A stretch of DNA of 64,000 nucleotides from an uncultured delta proteobacterium (GTDB lineage Bacteria; Myxococcota_A; Polyangia; Palsa-1104). The stretch covers positions 128,001-192,000 of the forward strand of contig CAWAWS010000003.1 of assembly GCA_963785725.1 (NCBI GenBank), read 5' to 3'. This document shows positions 29,514 through 41,548 of this stretch, in pieces. The first letter of the stretch is position 1, and each line of letters opens with the position of its first letter. The position numbers and the translations under genes are program-made. Below the pieces are notes generated by a model. It was given only the letters and a program-made list of their open reading frames with translations. It did not search any database and had not been told where the DNA came from.

Positions 29514-30527
29514 ATGAACGGCGTGCATGTCGAAGCGTTCGATCTCAACCTGCTCTTGGCCTTCGACGCGCTGTGGACCGAGCGCCACGTCACGCGCGCC
29601 GCGCGCCGCGTCGGGCTGACGCAATCGGCGATGAGCCACGCGCTCGCCCGCCTGCGCACGCAGCTCGACGATCCGCTGTTCGTCACGACGCCGCGCGGGC
29701 TCATGCCGACGCCGCGGGCGCACGCGCTGGCGCCGCCGCTGGCCGAGGCGCTGACGCTCGTGCGCGACGCGGTCAAGCCGCCCCAGTTCGTGCCGGCGAC
29801 GCTGCAGCGGACGTTCACGATCGGCAGCAACGACTACGGCGACGTGGCGTTGCTGCCGCAGCTGGTGGCGCGCCTGGAGCGTGAAGCGCCGGGCGTGCGC
29901 CTCATCTTGCGGCCGATCGTCGGCGACGGCGAGCGCGCGCTGCTCGACGGTCAACATGACCTCATGTTCAGCGTGCCGCACCCGGCCGCGCCCGACGTCT
30001 TCGGCGAGACGCTGTTTCACGATCACTTCGTGTCGCTCCTGCGCGCCGACCATCCCGCGGCGCGCCGCCCGCTGACGCTCGATCGCTTCGTGGCGCTGCG
30101 CCATCTGCTGATTTCGCCGCAAGGCATGGGCGAGGCGGCGGTCGACGTCGCGCTGCGCGCGCGCGGCCGCGAGCGCGTCATCGCCGTGCGCCTGCCGCAT
30201 TTCCTGTCGGCGCCGCTGGTGGTCGCGCAAACCGACCTCATCGTGACGATGCCGGAGCGCGTGGCGCAAGCGGTGGCGACGCAGCAGCGGTTCGTCGTCC
30301 GTCAACCGCCGGTGCAGCTGCCGAGCATCACCTTCAACATGTTCTGGCACGCGCGCAACGACGCCGACCCGTTGCATCGTTGGATTCGCACGCTGGCGGC
30401 GACGGTCGCCCGCGGTAAGCCAGCCCGCGCGAAGGCAGGCGCCGGCGCGCGCGACCGCCGCGTCGACGCGGGCGCCTCGGACGCCGGCCGCGTCGACCGC
30501 AAACCGCGCGGCCGCCGTCGCCGCTGA
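29514..30527 (+). CDS. LysR-family regulator (divergent from nmrA)
   Basis: DLNLLLAFDAL..ERHVTRAARRVGLTQSAMSHALARLR. Confidence 0.95.
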   Translation: MNGVHVEAFDLNLLLAFDALWTERHVTRAARRVGLTQSAMSHALARLRTQLDDPLFVTTPRGLMPTPRAHALAPPLAEALTLVRDAVKPPQFVPATLQRTFTIGSNDYGDVALLPQLVARLEREAPGVRLILRPIVGDGERALLDGQHDLMFSVPHPAAPDVFGETLFHDHFVSLLRADHPAARRPLTLDRFVALRHLLISPQGMGEAAVDVALRARGRERVIAVRLPHFLSAPLVVAQTDLIVTMPERVAQAVATQQRFVVRQPPVQLPSITFNMFWHARNDADPLHRWIRTLAATVARGKPARAKAGAGARDRRVDAGASDAGRVDRKPRGRRRR

Positions 30528-30737
30528 CCGCGCACGCCGCCGACCGGCAGCGTGACCCGTGCTATCCGAGAGACACGCCGCCGACTCCGTCCGTCTGCTG
30601 CTGCGCCAACTGTATGGCGTTCAATATATTTGCGCGGCGAGAGCGAATGGGCACACACGGTCGCGCATCCCGCGCCAAACCGCCGCCTCGCCGTGCGCGC
30701 CATCGCCGGCGCAACTGCGCGCCGAAGCTTTGCTACG

Positions 30738-32484
30738 ATGCGCGCCATGCGGATCTTGCGATCGCGCCTGAGCTCAGGCGCACTCTCGTGGCTCTCACTT
30801 CCGGCCCTTTTGGCCCTCCTCGCCGCTCCGGCCCGCGCCGCCTCGCCGACGCCGGCCACGGGCGAGCTGCTCTTCAAACAGCGCTGCGGCGTCTGCCATC
30901 CCGTCGACCACGGCAGCGCGCAAGGGCCCGGCCTCGGCCGCATCGTCGGGCGCCGCGCCGCTTCGCTGGAAGGCTTCGGCTATTCGCCGGCGCTGCGCGC
31001 TTACAAACAGGTGTGGACCGAAGCGGCGCTCGACAAGTTCCTGGCCGCGCCCGCCGAGGTCGTGCCCGGCACGATCATGCCCATCCCCACGCCTGACGAT
31101 GACGAGCGCCACGCCATCCTCGCCTATTTGCGCACGCTCCACGACACGCGCGTCCCGGCCAAAATCGCGCCCACCGCGACCAAGCCGACGCCGCCCACCG
31201 ACCTCGGCAAGGTGCGGCTGGACAAGGCGGCGTTCGGCGACTATCGCGACGACGCGCCCGGCGTGCGCCGCCATATCACCGTCGCGGCGCTGCCGCCGCC
31301 GTTCGCATCGCGCTCGTCGAGCAATGGGCCGCGCGTCGTGGCGCCGCCGGCGGGCGCGAAGTTGCGCGTGCCCGCCGGGTTCACGGTGACGCAGTTCGCG
31401 CACGGCCTCACGCAGCCGCGCGTGCTGCGCGTCGCGCCCAACGGCGACATCTTCGTCGCCGAGAGCGAAGCCGGCCGCGTCCGCATCCTGCGCGCCAAAG
31501 ACGGCGCGGCCGCGCCCGAGACGATCGAAGTCTTCGCCGACGGCCTCGATCGTCCGTTCGGCATCGCCTTTTACCCGCCCGGCCCGTCGCCGCGCTTCGT
31601 CTACATCGCCGAGAACAACCGCGTCGTGCGCTACGCTTACAGCGCCGGCGACTTGCGCGCGCGCGGCAGAGCCGAGGTCATCGTCGCCAAGCTCACCGAC
31701 GGCAGCGACGGCCACTGGACGCGCGACCTCGCCTTCTCCGCCGACGGCAAACAGCTGTTCGTCTCGGTCGGCTCCGGCTCCAACGTCGCCGAGGGCATGG
31801 ACAAGCGCCCGCCCACCGACCTCGCCGCCTGGGAAGCCGCCGAAGGATTGGGCGCCACCTGGGGCGACGAGCGCCATCGCGCCGACGTCCTCGTGTTCGA
31901 TCCCGAGGGCAAAGGCGGCAAAGTCTTCGCCAGCGGCATTCGCAACTGCGTCGGATTGGCCGTGCAGCCCGAGACCCACGCGCTGTGGTGCTCGACCAAC
32001 GAGCGCGACGGCCTCGGCGATAACCTCGTTCCCGACTACGTGACGCAGCGTGCGCGCCGGCGCCTATTACGGTTGGCCTTGGTATTACATGGGCAACCAC
32101 GAAGACCCGCGGCTCAAAGGCGCGCGCCCCGATTTGGCCGGCAAAGCGACGGTTCCCGATGTCTTGTTACAGCCGCATTCGGCGTCGTTGGAAATGACGT
32201 TTTACGACGGTAACGCGTTTCCCGCCGCTTATAAGGGTGACGGTTTCTCGGCATTGCACGGCTCATGGAATCGCGCCGGCCGCACCGGCTATAAGGTCGT
32301 CCGCATTCGCACCGAACACGGCATACCGACGGGCGAATACGAAGACTTCCTCGTCGGCTTCGTCGTCGACGAGGACAAAGTGTGGGGCCGCCCGGTCGGC
32401 GTCGCCGTCGCCCACGACGGCGCGCTCTTGATCAGCGAAGACGGCAACAGCACGATCTGGCGCGTCACGTATACCGGCCGCTAA
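30738..32484 (+). CDS. Cytochrome c fused to glucose/sorbosone dehydrogenase beta-propeller, frameshift near 32047
   Basis: CGVCH heme motif and PGTIM; GHWTR, VSVGSGSN, GIRNCVG, NERDGLGDNLVPDY, YGWPW, HGSWNR, GRPVGV. Confidence 0.88.
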
Positions 32485-32501
32485 TCGGCCAACTGAATTC
32501 G

Positions 32502-35500
32502 TTACGGCTCGTAATTCAGATTCGGGCTCAGCCAGCGCTCGACTTCGGCGATCGTCATGCCTTTACGCGCGTGATAGTCGGCCACCTGATCGCGATCGAT
32601 CTTACCCAGCGTGAAATACCGCGACTCCGGATGCGCGAAATAGAGCCCGCTGACGCTCGATCCCGGCCACATCGCGTACGACTCGGTCAATTTCATTCCC
32701 GTCTTCGCTTCGACGTCCAATAAGCGCCACAGAATACCCTTCTCCGTATGATCGGGGCACGCCGGATATCCCGCCGCCGGCCGCAGACCGCGATATTTCT
32801 CGGCGATCAACTGTTCCGGCGTCAGATTCTCGGCGCGACCATAACCCCATTCATCGCGCACGCGTTTATGCAGATATTCGGCGAACGCCTCGGCCAGGCG
32901 ATCGGCCAGCGCCTCGGCCATGATGGCGTTGTAATCGTCCAGCTTGGCTTTGAATCCGTCGCACAGCTCCTTCAACCCGATACCGGTCGTGACCGCGAAT
33001 GCGCCCACATGATCGGCCATTCGCGTCGCCTTGGGCGCGACGAAATCCGACAAGCTGCGCGAGGGCTCGCCCTTTTCGCGCTGCGTCTGCTGGCGCAAGA
33101 AATGAAACCGCTCGCGCACTTCCGCGCGCGATTCATCGGTATAGAGCTCGATATCATCGCCGACCGTATTCGCCGGAAACAGGCCATACACCGCGCGCGC
33201 CGTCAGCAGCTTATCGGCGATGATCGTATCGAGCAGCGCATTGGCCTCCTTGAACAAGAGCCGCGCCTGCTCGCCGTACTTCTCGTGCTCGAAAATGCGC
33301 GGATAGACGCCTTTCAATTCCCACGTATGAAAGAACGGCGTCCAATCGATATAGTCGCGCAGCACGGCCAGCAGGAAATCGTCGATCACTTGCGCGCCGA
33401 TGCGCTCCGGCCGCGGCAGATCCTCTTCACGCCACACGATCGGCGTGCGATTGGCGCGCGCGTCGGCGAGCGGAATCAGCTTATGCCGCGACGTCCCGTG
33501 CGTACGCCGCAGCTTCTCGTATTCTTCGCGATGCTGCGCGACGAACGCCGCTTTGTTCTCGCGGCTCAATAAACTCGTGGTCACGGGAACGGCGCGGCTG
33601 GCGTCGAGCACGTGCACGACCGGCTCCGAGTAATGCGGCGCGATCTTCACCGCCGTGTGCGCGCGGCTCGTCGTCGCGCCGCCGATCAACAGCGGCAACT
33701 TGAAATTCAGCCGCTCCATTTCGCGCGCGACGTGCGTCATCTCATCGAGCGACGGCGTAATCAGCCCGCTCAAGCCGATCAGATCGGCCTTCTCCGCTTT
33801 GGCGCGCTCCAAAATCTTCTCGCACGACACCATGACGCCCATATCGATGACGTCGTAATTGTTACAAGCGAGCACGACGCCGACGATATTCTTGCCGATA
33901 TCGTGCACGTCGCCTTTGACCGTCGCCAACACGATCTTGCCTTGCGTGCGCACCACTTCGCCCGCCGCCGCTTGCGCCGCTTTCTCCGCTTCCATGAACG
34001 GCGTCAAATAAGCGACCGCCTTCTTCATGACGCGCGCCGATTTGACGACCTGCGGCAAGAACATCTTACCGGCACCAAAAAGATCGCCGACGACGCTCAT
34101 TCCGTCCATCAGCGGCCCTTCGATGACGAGCAGCGGACGACCTAATTTGGCGCGCGCCTCTTCGGTGTCGACCTCGATGAAGGCTTCGATTCCTTTGACG
34201 AGCGCATGCGAAAGGCGCGCTTCGACCGTGCCCTTACGCCACTCTTCTTCCTGCTTTTGCGCGGCCGCCGTGCCGCCCGCCGCCTGCGTCTTCAGCTTCT
34301 CGCCGAAGTCGACCAAGCGCTCGGTGGCATCGGGACGGCGATTGAGCAGCACGTCCTCGACCAGCACTTTGAGCTCGGGCTCGATCTCCTCGTAGACCTC
34401 GAGCATACCGGCGTTGACGATACCCATGTCCATGCCGGCGGCGATGGCGTGAAAGAGAAACGCCGAATGCATCGCCTCGCGAACGCGATTATTGCCGCGA
34501 AAGCTGAATGAGATATTGGAGACGCCGCCGCTCACCTTGGCGTGCGGCAGATTCTCCTTGATCCAGCGGGTGGCCGCGATGAAGTCGAGCGCGTAATTGT
34601 TGTGCTCCTCCATGCCCGTGGCCACGGTGAGGATATTGGGATCGAAGATGATGTCTTCGGGCGGGAAGCCCACTTCATCGACGAGAATGCGATAGGCCCG
34701 CTCGCAAATGCGAATCTTGTCTTGATAAGTGGCCGCTTGGCCTTGCTCGTCGAACGCCATGACGACGACGGCGGCGCCGTATTTCAATACAGTCAGCGCG
34801 TTCTGCCGAAACTTGTCCTCGCCCTCTTTGAGCGAGATCGAATTGACGATGCCTTTACCTTGTAAGCATTTCAGGCCCGCTTCGATGACGATCCACTTGG
34901 ACGAATCGACCATGAACGGCACCTTCGCCACTTCCGGCTCGCTCGCCAGCAGCGACAAAAAGCGACTCATGGCGGCGACGCCGTCGATCATGCCTTCGTC
35001 CATGCAAATATCGATGACGTTGGCGCCGTTCTCGACTTGTTGCCGCGCGATGCTGACGGCCTCTTCGTAATTCCCCTCTTTGATCAGCTTGGCGAACTTG
35101 GGCGAGCCGGCGACATTGGTGCGCTCGCCGATCATCAAATACGTGCCCGGCTGCGACGTAAACGGCTGCGACCCCGACAGACGCAACGGCCGCTCGGGCT
35201 CGAAGCCGACGCGCGGCACGGCGATCGACGAGTGGTCGACGATCGCCCGCGGCGCGCGACCCGTCAAGGCTCGGCTAATCGCCGCGACATGCTCGGGCGT
35301 ATTGCCGCAGCAGCCGCCGGCGATATTCAACAGGCCGCCCTCCGCGAAATCGCCGAGAAAGCGCGCCATATCGGCCGGCTCCAAGTCGAACCCGGTGGGC
35401 GACAACGGATTCGGCAAGCCGGCGTTGGGATAACAGGAAATGGCGCAATCGGACTTCTCCGACAGCTCCGTCAAAAACGGATACATCAGATCGGGGCCGA

Positions 35501-36311
35501 GCGAGCAATTGAGGCCGACCGCGAGCGGATTGGCGTGTTTGACCGCGTTCCAAAAGGCTTCGATCGTCTGCGCCGAGATCATGGTCTCGCCACCGCGACC
35601 GACCGCCGCCGAGACCATGATCGGCAGCTCTTTATGATCTTCCGCGAAGACGTCGGCGATGGCGACGAGCGCCGCTTTGGCGTTGAGCGAATCGAATATC
35701 GTCTCGACCAATAGAATATCGGAGCCGCCGGCGATGAGCGCGCGCACCTGCTCGGCATAGGCGATTCGCACTTGGTCGAACGTGACGACACGAAAGCCGG
35801 CGTCATCGGCGTCGGGCGAATTCGACAACGAGACCGTGAGCGGGCCAATGGCGCCGGCCACGAAGCGCGGCTTGCCGTCGACTTGCGCCATGCGGTCGGC
35901 CAATTCGCGGCATTGCCGCGCCGACTGCTCGTTGATCTCCCACGCCAGACCGCTCAACATCTTGTCTTCGATGATGCGCTGATAGAACTCGGGATCTTTG
36001 CGTCCGCCGTGCTCGCGCGGATCGTCGACGAAGAATTCGCTCTGCGTGATGCTGGTGGCGCCGAACGTATTGGTCTCGATGATATCGGCGCCCGCCTCCA
36101 AAAAGCGCCGATGAATGTCGCAGATCATCTTCGGCTGCGTGAGCGAGAATAGATCGCCGTTATTCAGCAGGTCTTTATTGGCATGTTTGAAGCGCTCGCC
36201 GCGAATATCCGCTTCGCTCATTCCATAGCTGCGAATGGTCGTTCCCATCGCACCATCGATGATGACGATGCGCTGCGCGAGAAGCTGCTTCAGTGGGTGA
36301 AGCTGGGACAT
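32502..36311 (-). CDS. metH: Cobalamin-dependent methionine synthase
   Basis: [34 protein letters not shown]; 1269 aa. Confidence 0.98.
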   Translation of the reverse strand: MSQLHPLKQLLAQRIVIIDGAMGTTIRSYGMSEADIRGERFKHANKDLLNNGDLFSLTQPKMICDIHRRFLEAGADIIETNTFGATSITQSEFFVDDPREHGGRKDPEFYQRIIEDKMLSGLAWEINEQSARQCRELADRMAQVDGKPRFVAGAIGPLTVSLSNSPDADDAGFRVVTFDQVRIAYAEQVRALIAGGSDILLVETIFDSLNAKAALVAIADVFAEDHKELPIMVSAAVGRGGETMISAQTIEAFWNAVKHANPLAVGLNCSLGPDLMYPFLTELSEKSDCAISCYPNAGLPNPLSPTGFDLEPADMARFLGDFAEGGLLNIAGGCCGNTPEHVAAISRALTGRAPRAIVDHSSIAVPRVGFEPERPLRLSGSQPFTSQPGTYLMIGERTNVAGSPKFAKLIKEGNYEEAVSIARQQVENGANVIDICMDEGMIDGVAAMSRFLSLLASEPEVAKVPFMVDSSKWIVIEAGLKCLQGKGIVNSISLKEGEDKFRQNALTVLKYGAAVVVMAFDEQGQAATYQDKIRICERAYRILVDEVGFPPEDIIFDPNILTVATGMEEHNNYALDFIAATRWIKENLPHAKVSGGVSNISFSFRGNNRVREAMHSAFLFHAIAAGMDMGIVNAGMLEVYEEIEPELKVLVEDVLLNRRPDATERLVDFGEKLKTQAAGGTAAAQKQEEEWRKGTVEARLSHALVKGIEAFIEVDTEEARAKLGRPLLVIEGPLMDGMSVVGDLFGAGKMFLPQVVKSARVMKKAVAYLTPFMEAEKAAQAAAGEVVRTQGKIVLATVKGDVHDIGKNIVGVVLACNNYDVIDMGVMVSCEKILERAKAEKADLIGLSGLITPSLDEMTHVAREMERLNFKLPLLIGGATTSRAHTAVKIAPHYSEPVVHVLDASRAVPVTTSLLSRENKAAFVAQHREEYEKLRRTHGTSRHKLIPLADARANRTPIVWREEDLPRPERIGAQVIDDFLLAVLRDYIDWTPFFHTWELKGVYPRIFEHEKYGEQARLLFKEANALLDTIIADKLLTARAVYGLFPANTVGDDIELYTDESRAEVRERFHFLRQQTQREKGEPSRSLSDFVAPKATRMADHVGAFAVTTGIGLKELCDGFKAKLDDYNAIMAEALADRLAEAFAEYLHKRVRDEWGYGRAENLTPEQLIAEKYRGLRPAAGYPACPDHTEKGILWRLLDVEAKTGMKLTESYAMWPGSSVSGLYFAHPESRYFTLGKIDRDQVADYHARKGMTIAEVERWLSPNLNYEP

Positions 36312-36352
36312 TTAAACGACGTCTCCTTGCCGGTCATTCTGCCTATTCGACA

Positions 36353-37333
36353 TCATTGACTGCTCGCGCTCTCCGCCTTGACGCTGCGCTGCGGATGCGC
36401 CGATTTGGCGCGCGGCAGCTTGTCCGCGATCGCCAACACGACCTGCAGATGCGGCTTGCGCGCCTCGCGACAGGCGACGCCACAAGACGCGACGTCGAGC
36501 CCCACTTTCGTCAACAATCGCTTCAATGCCCGCGGCGCGAACCCCGGATGGCGCTCGCCATAACGCGCGGTCACTTCGATCTGCTTATGCTGGTCGAGAC
36601 ACAACAAGACGAGCCGGCCGCCCGGCCGCAATACGCGCGCACATTCGGCGAGCGCCCGCGCCGGCTGCGCCGCGTACGTCAGCGTATGAAACATCAAGAC
36701 GGTGTCGAATGACGCGTCGGCGAATGGTAACGCGTGCACGTCGGCGACTTGCGCGCGCACGTGCGACTGTTTCGCCAGTCGCTCTTTGGCCGCCTCGATC
36801 ATGCGGTCATTGGTGTCGATACAGGTGAGCGTGCGGCAATAAGGCGCGAGCGAGCTGGCGGCCGCGCCGTCGCCGGAGCCGGCGTCGAGCACGTCGCCGA
36901 GGTCGAGCAGCGCCGCGATGCCGACGGCCAAGGAATGCCACGTGCGGCCGGGCGAGTAATCGCGCTCGATCTCGTCGACGAGCGCCTCGGGCAGCCCGCC
37001 GCGGCGCTCGGCCTCGAGGTCGAGCAGGCGCTTTTGATCGCCGTCGAGCGTCGGGTCGTTCGACGCCGCGGCCTCGTCGAGCAGCACGCGCGCCGTCGCC
37101 GGCAAGCGATCGGTCGCCAGCGCGTAGAACGACTGCGAGCCCTTGCGCCGATCGCGCACGAAGCCGGCGTCGCGCAAGCGGCCGAGGTGCGTCGAGACGC
37201 GCGGCTGCGGAATTCCGGTGACGCGCACGAGCTCGGTGACGCACAGCTCCCGGTCGCGCAAGAGCGCGCACAAGCGAATGCGGCTCTCGTCGCCGAGCAG
37301 GTTCAGCGTGTCGATGTAGTGCGCCAGGCTCAT
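36353..37333 (-). CDS. ArsR-HTH plus methyltransferase regulator (SahR-like)
   Basis: ELCVTEL..QPRVSTHLGRLRDAG HTH; VLDAGSGDG; directly upstream of metH. Confidence 0.88.
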   Translation of the reverse strand: MSLAHYIDTLNLLGDESRIRLCALLRDRELCVTELVRVTGIPQPRVSTHLGRLRDAGFVRDRRKGSQSFYALATDRLPATARVLLDEAAASNDPTLDGDQKRLLDLEAERRGGLPEALVDEIERDYSPGRTWHSLAVGIAALLDLGDVLDAGSGDGAAASSLAPYCRTLTCIDTNDRMIEAAKERLAKQSHVRAQVADVHALPFADASFDTVLMFHTLTYAAQPARALAECARVLRPGGRLVLLCLDQHKQIEVTARYGERHPGFAPRALKRLLTKVGLDVASCGVACREARKPHLQVVLAIADKLPRAKSAHPQRSVKAESASSQ

Positions 37334-37339
37334 ATGCGA

Positions 37340-37359
37340 ATATCCCGATTGGCAGATAT
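37340..37359. promoter_or_regulatory. Candidate SahR-type operator
   Basis: 20-bp ATATC-N10-GATAT palindrome 6 nt upstream of the ATG, overlapping the -10 of minus-strand TTGACA(37383-37378)-N17-TATATC. Confidence 0.65.
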
Positions 37360-37472
37360 AGGAGGATCGCGCACCGCTGTCAAGCGGCGTCGACGAGGCG
37401 CGTCATGACCCTTACAGCGTCTGGTGCCATGGTTTCAATGACTTGCGTGCTGCGGTACGCTGGCGAGCGCGC

Positions 37473-38297
<825 letters not shown>

Positions 38298-39389
38298 CGC
38301 CGTCGTAAGCGCCGCTCGTGCGGATCCAGCGATTGAGCGCGTCGCGCTTGGCTTCGCCGGCGGCGGTGTGCAGCTGCGTGCCGTCGAACGGCATGATGGT
38401 GCCGCCGAGGACGACGCGGCCGAGCGCGTGCGCGCGATCGATGATTTGGCGATGGGCGGCGATGAGCTGCGCCGCCGTCGGCAGAGGCTCGTCGGCCGTC
38501 GCGGGCGTGATGATGTCATTGATGCCGAGCAGCACGACGATGAACTTCACGCCCGGCTGCGCCAAGACGTCGCGATCGAGCCGCGCCAGCGCGTTGTCGC
38601 TGCCGAGCTCGCGCAGGAGCGCGTTGCCGCTGATGCCGGCGTTGACGACGGCGCGCGGCGGCGCGTGCTTGGCCGTTTGCAGCCGCTCGGCGAAGAAGTT
38701 GGTCCAGCGATGGTTGGTGTCGGTCGTCGACTGCATGCCGTCGGTGATGGAGTCGCCGAACGCGACGATCAGCTCGGCGCGCGCGCTCGCTTCGACGTCG
38801 ACGCCGGACAGGACGTACCAAGACTCCGACGAGCCGGCCGGGCGGAAGGATTCGGCGCCGCCAAAGTCGCCGGCGGCCGACAGATACGTCGTCTGCTCGG
38901 CGGTGGCGTGCTCGGTCCCGATCTGTTGTGCGCCGGGAAAGTACAGGCTGATCGCGAGATCGGTCGACGCCGACACCGGCAAGGCCAAGGCGTCGCTGAC
39001 GACGAGCGCGCCCGGCGGAATCGTCACGCTCGTCGCGCCGCCGAACGTGAGCGCGCGATCGCTGCCGGTCACGATCGCCGCCTGCGCGCGCTGAAACGCC
39101 ACATGCGCCGCGCCGATCGTCAACGGCACTCTGCCGTACGTGTTCGACAGCTTGACGGCGAGGCGCTCGCCGCCGAGGCTGAGGCGCACCACCTGCCGCA
39201 GCGTTTGACCGTCGACGCGCAGCGGCGGATCGGCCGGCTGCGGGCTCGCGGTCCAGCTGGCGATGAAGCGGCGCTCGCGATCGCGCCAACCGGACGGGCG
39301 CAGACAGCCGGCCAGCGACGTGACCAACAACAGCAGCGGCACGAGCCAAGCCGAGCGCGACGAAGAGGTCATGGCGTTCGCCGGCTGCG

Positions 39390-40343
39390 CTATTGCCCGA
39401 GGTCGGCGGGCGCGGCGCCGTCGCGCTTTTCGTGGGCGCGGCGGCTGTAGGACTCGCTGTAGACGTCGGCGCGAAAGCGCAGCAGCGGATCGGCCGACAA
39501 CTCGAGGCCGGGGACGACGCCGGTCGGATCGAACACCAGCGTCTCGAGCGCGCGCTGATCGGGCGCGACGGCGGTGACGGTCAGCGTGCCGGCGTCGAGC
39601 GTGCGGCGATTGTCGGGCCAGGCGCGCGTGGCGTCGTCGAGCGGATCGCCGGGCGCGGGAAGCTGCAGCTGCAGCCGCCACGACAACGGGCCCGTCGCCA
39701 AGCGCGCGCGCAGCTCGGCCAACAAATATTGCGCGTGCGGCGCGCCGTTTTGCGGCGCGACGGTGGCGGCGGGAATCCAGGCATAACGAAACGGCTGCCG
39801 CGTCGCATCCGGCGCCACGAGGCCATACGTGTGAATGCCGTTGAAGCGCACGTGCGCGAAGCTCGTCGCCGGCCGCATCGTGGCGATCGCCTTGACGGCC
39901 GCGAACGCCGACGGCCGCGACCACAGATACGCCAGAATCTTCAGCGGATTGGGCTTACCGAACAGCGACGGCTTCTGCGCGCGCGTAATCCGTATGAAAT
40001 CCTCGGGCGTGCGGGCGACGAACGACGGCAGATTCGCCGCCGCCCAGCTGGCCACGGCGCCCGACGGCAGCTGGAAGCGCACCGCCAAGCCCAGCACTTT
40101 GCCGACGGTGGGCGACATGCGATCGGGCGCGTGCGGGCTGCCCGAGGCGTTCGACAGCCGCACCTGCGCGGGGATGGCGGCGCCTTGGAAGTGCTCGGCC
40201 GTCGTCAGCGCGCGCATCGCCGGCGTCGCCGCGAACGTGGCCGCGCACACCAGGCCGCGCGCATGGGCGCGACGATAGCCGCGCTCGACGCCGGTGTATT
40301 TCTCCATCGCTTCGACAGCGGAATCGACGAGCGGCGAGCTCAC
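39390..40343 (-). CDS. Catalase-related heme peroxidase (SrpA-like)
   Basis: RRAHARG, VRLS, FDP, DPLL.FR..VY..SY.RR. Confidence 0.85.
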   Translation of the reverse strand: MSSPLVDSAVEAMEKYTGVERGYRRAHARGLVCAATFAATPAMRALTTAEHFQGAAIPAQVRLSNASGSPHAPDRMSPTVGKVLGLAVRFQLPSGAVASWAAANLPSFVARTPEDFIRITRAQKPSLFGKPNPLKILAYLWSRPSAFAAVKAIATMRPATSFAHVRFNGIHTYGLVAPDATRQPFRYAWIPAATVAPQNGAPHAQYLLAELRARLATGPLSWRLQLQLPAPGDPLDDATRAWPDNRRTLDAGTLTVTAVAPDQRALETLVFDPTGVVPGLELSADPLLRFRADVYSESYSRRAHEKRDGAAPADLGQ

Positions 40344-40406
40344 GGCGGGCTCCTCTTCTCTGTGTCACCGCTGAACATTGCGGCGGCCGGGACGGTAGCA
40401 CGAACC

Positions 40407-41180
40407 TCAGCGGCGATCGCAGACCGCGAGGACGCCCATGAACTGCCCGTCGTCGTAGCGGTTCAGCGACGGCGCGTAGAGGCGCGAGATGGTGCCGTCG
40501 AGATAGAGCGCGTCGGCGCAGCCGAGTCGGTCGCGAAAGAGGCAGGCGAAGTCCCAGAACGTGATCGGTCCGCGCGTGACGGCGAGCCAGACTTCGTTGG
40601 GCGTGCGCACGCCGACGCCGCTGCGGATGAGCGCGTTGTGCGACGCGTGGATGAAGCGCGGATGCAAGACGCCGCCGGCGAGCAAGAGCGGGCCCGATTG
40701 CGTCGCCAGCTGCACGTCGCGCGCGTCGAAGCGGCTCGACTCGACCACGCTCGCGCCCGCTTTACCGACGAGGAATACGCCGTTGGGCAAGAGGTAGAAG
40801 TTGCCGTCGCCGCCGCCGCGCGCCAGCGGATGGCGCACCTGGCCGTCTTCGATGTGCACGCCGACGGGCGCGTCGGTGGCGAAGATGCCGGCGTTGGTCA
40901 GCGCCACCGGCCGCTCGCCGCGCGCGCGTAGCCAGTCGTCGACGGCGCGCAAGCTGCCGAAGCGGCTGCCGTCGGGCCGCTGCCAATGCAGCGACAGGCG
41001 CGCGCGGGTCAGCTCGACGCAGACGAGATCGACGTCGACGCCGGCGTATTCGATCGTCGACACCCCGACGCCGGGCGGCCGCTGGACGTTTTTGCGGCGC
41101 GCGAGCGCAGGCTGAGCCAAGAGGTCGGCGCCGAGCGCGGCCAAGCCGCCCAGCCACGCGCGTCGCGACAGGCGCATCAC
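40407..41180 (-). CDS. Phosphodiester glycosidase-family (YigE/DUF2233) protein, Tat-like signal
   Basis: SRR signal; NAGIF, GNFYLLPNGVF, TQSGP, ALYLDGTIS. Confidence 0.85.
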   Translation of the reverse strand: MMRLSRRAWLGGLAALGADLLAQPALARRKNVQRPPGVGVSTIEYAGVDVDLVCVELTRARLSLHWQRPDGSRFGSLRAVDDWLRARGERPVALTNAGIFATDAPVGVHIEDGQVRHPLARGGGDGNFYLLPNGVFLVGKAGASVVESSRFDARDVQLATQSGPLLLAGGVLHPRFIHASHNALIRSGVGVRTPNEVWLAVTRGPITFWDFACLFRDRLGCADALYLDGTISRLYAPSLNRYDDGQFMGVLAVCDRR

Positions 41181-41230
41181 GCCATTCTACGACGTGCGGC
41201 GCGGCGAGCTACCTCTTGGATTCGCGAGAG

Positions 41231-41446
41231 TTAGCGGGCGACGCAGGTCGAACAGTCGTGCGTCGGGTCGCCGCTGCCGAAGATGCCGGTGTCGGGCGTG
41301 GCCGCCAGCGTCACCGAGTCGCCGGGCGATTCGAACGTCGGCCGCTGCTGCTTCGTCATTTCGCGAAACTGCTTGTGAACCGCCATGCTCTGCGGCGTAT
41401 CGGCACAACCGGCGACGAGAAGGCAGCCCAAGATCCAGCGCTTCAT
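41231..41446 (-). CDS. Small lipoprotein with C-terminal CxxC
   Basis: MKRWILGCLLVAGC lipobox; HDCSTC. Confidence 0.6.
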   Translation of the reverse strand: MKRWILGCLLVAGCADTPQSMAVHKQFREMTKQQRPTFESPGDSVTLAATPDTGIFGSGDPTHDCSTCVAR

Positions 41447-41548
41447 GCCGATCGCATAGCACGAGCGGCACAAAGCGTACAGCCGCGCGCATGAACGCGC
41501 ACGCCGGCCGTCACGGCGGCGTCACGATCGCGGTTTCCGGCGTTGCGG

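Noticed and set aside
26685..30527. 1280-aa MFS-LysR fusion ORF
   Set aside because: Artefact: the frameshift at about 27205 runs through a stop-poor GC-rich frame antisense to nmrA into lysR
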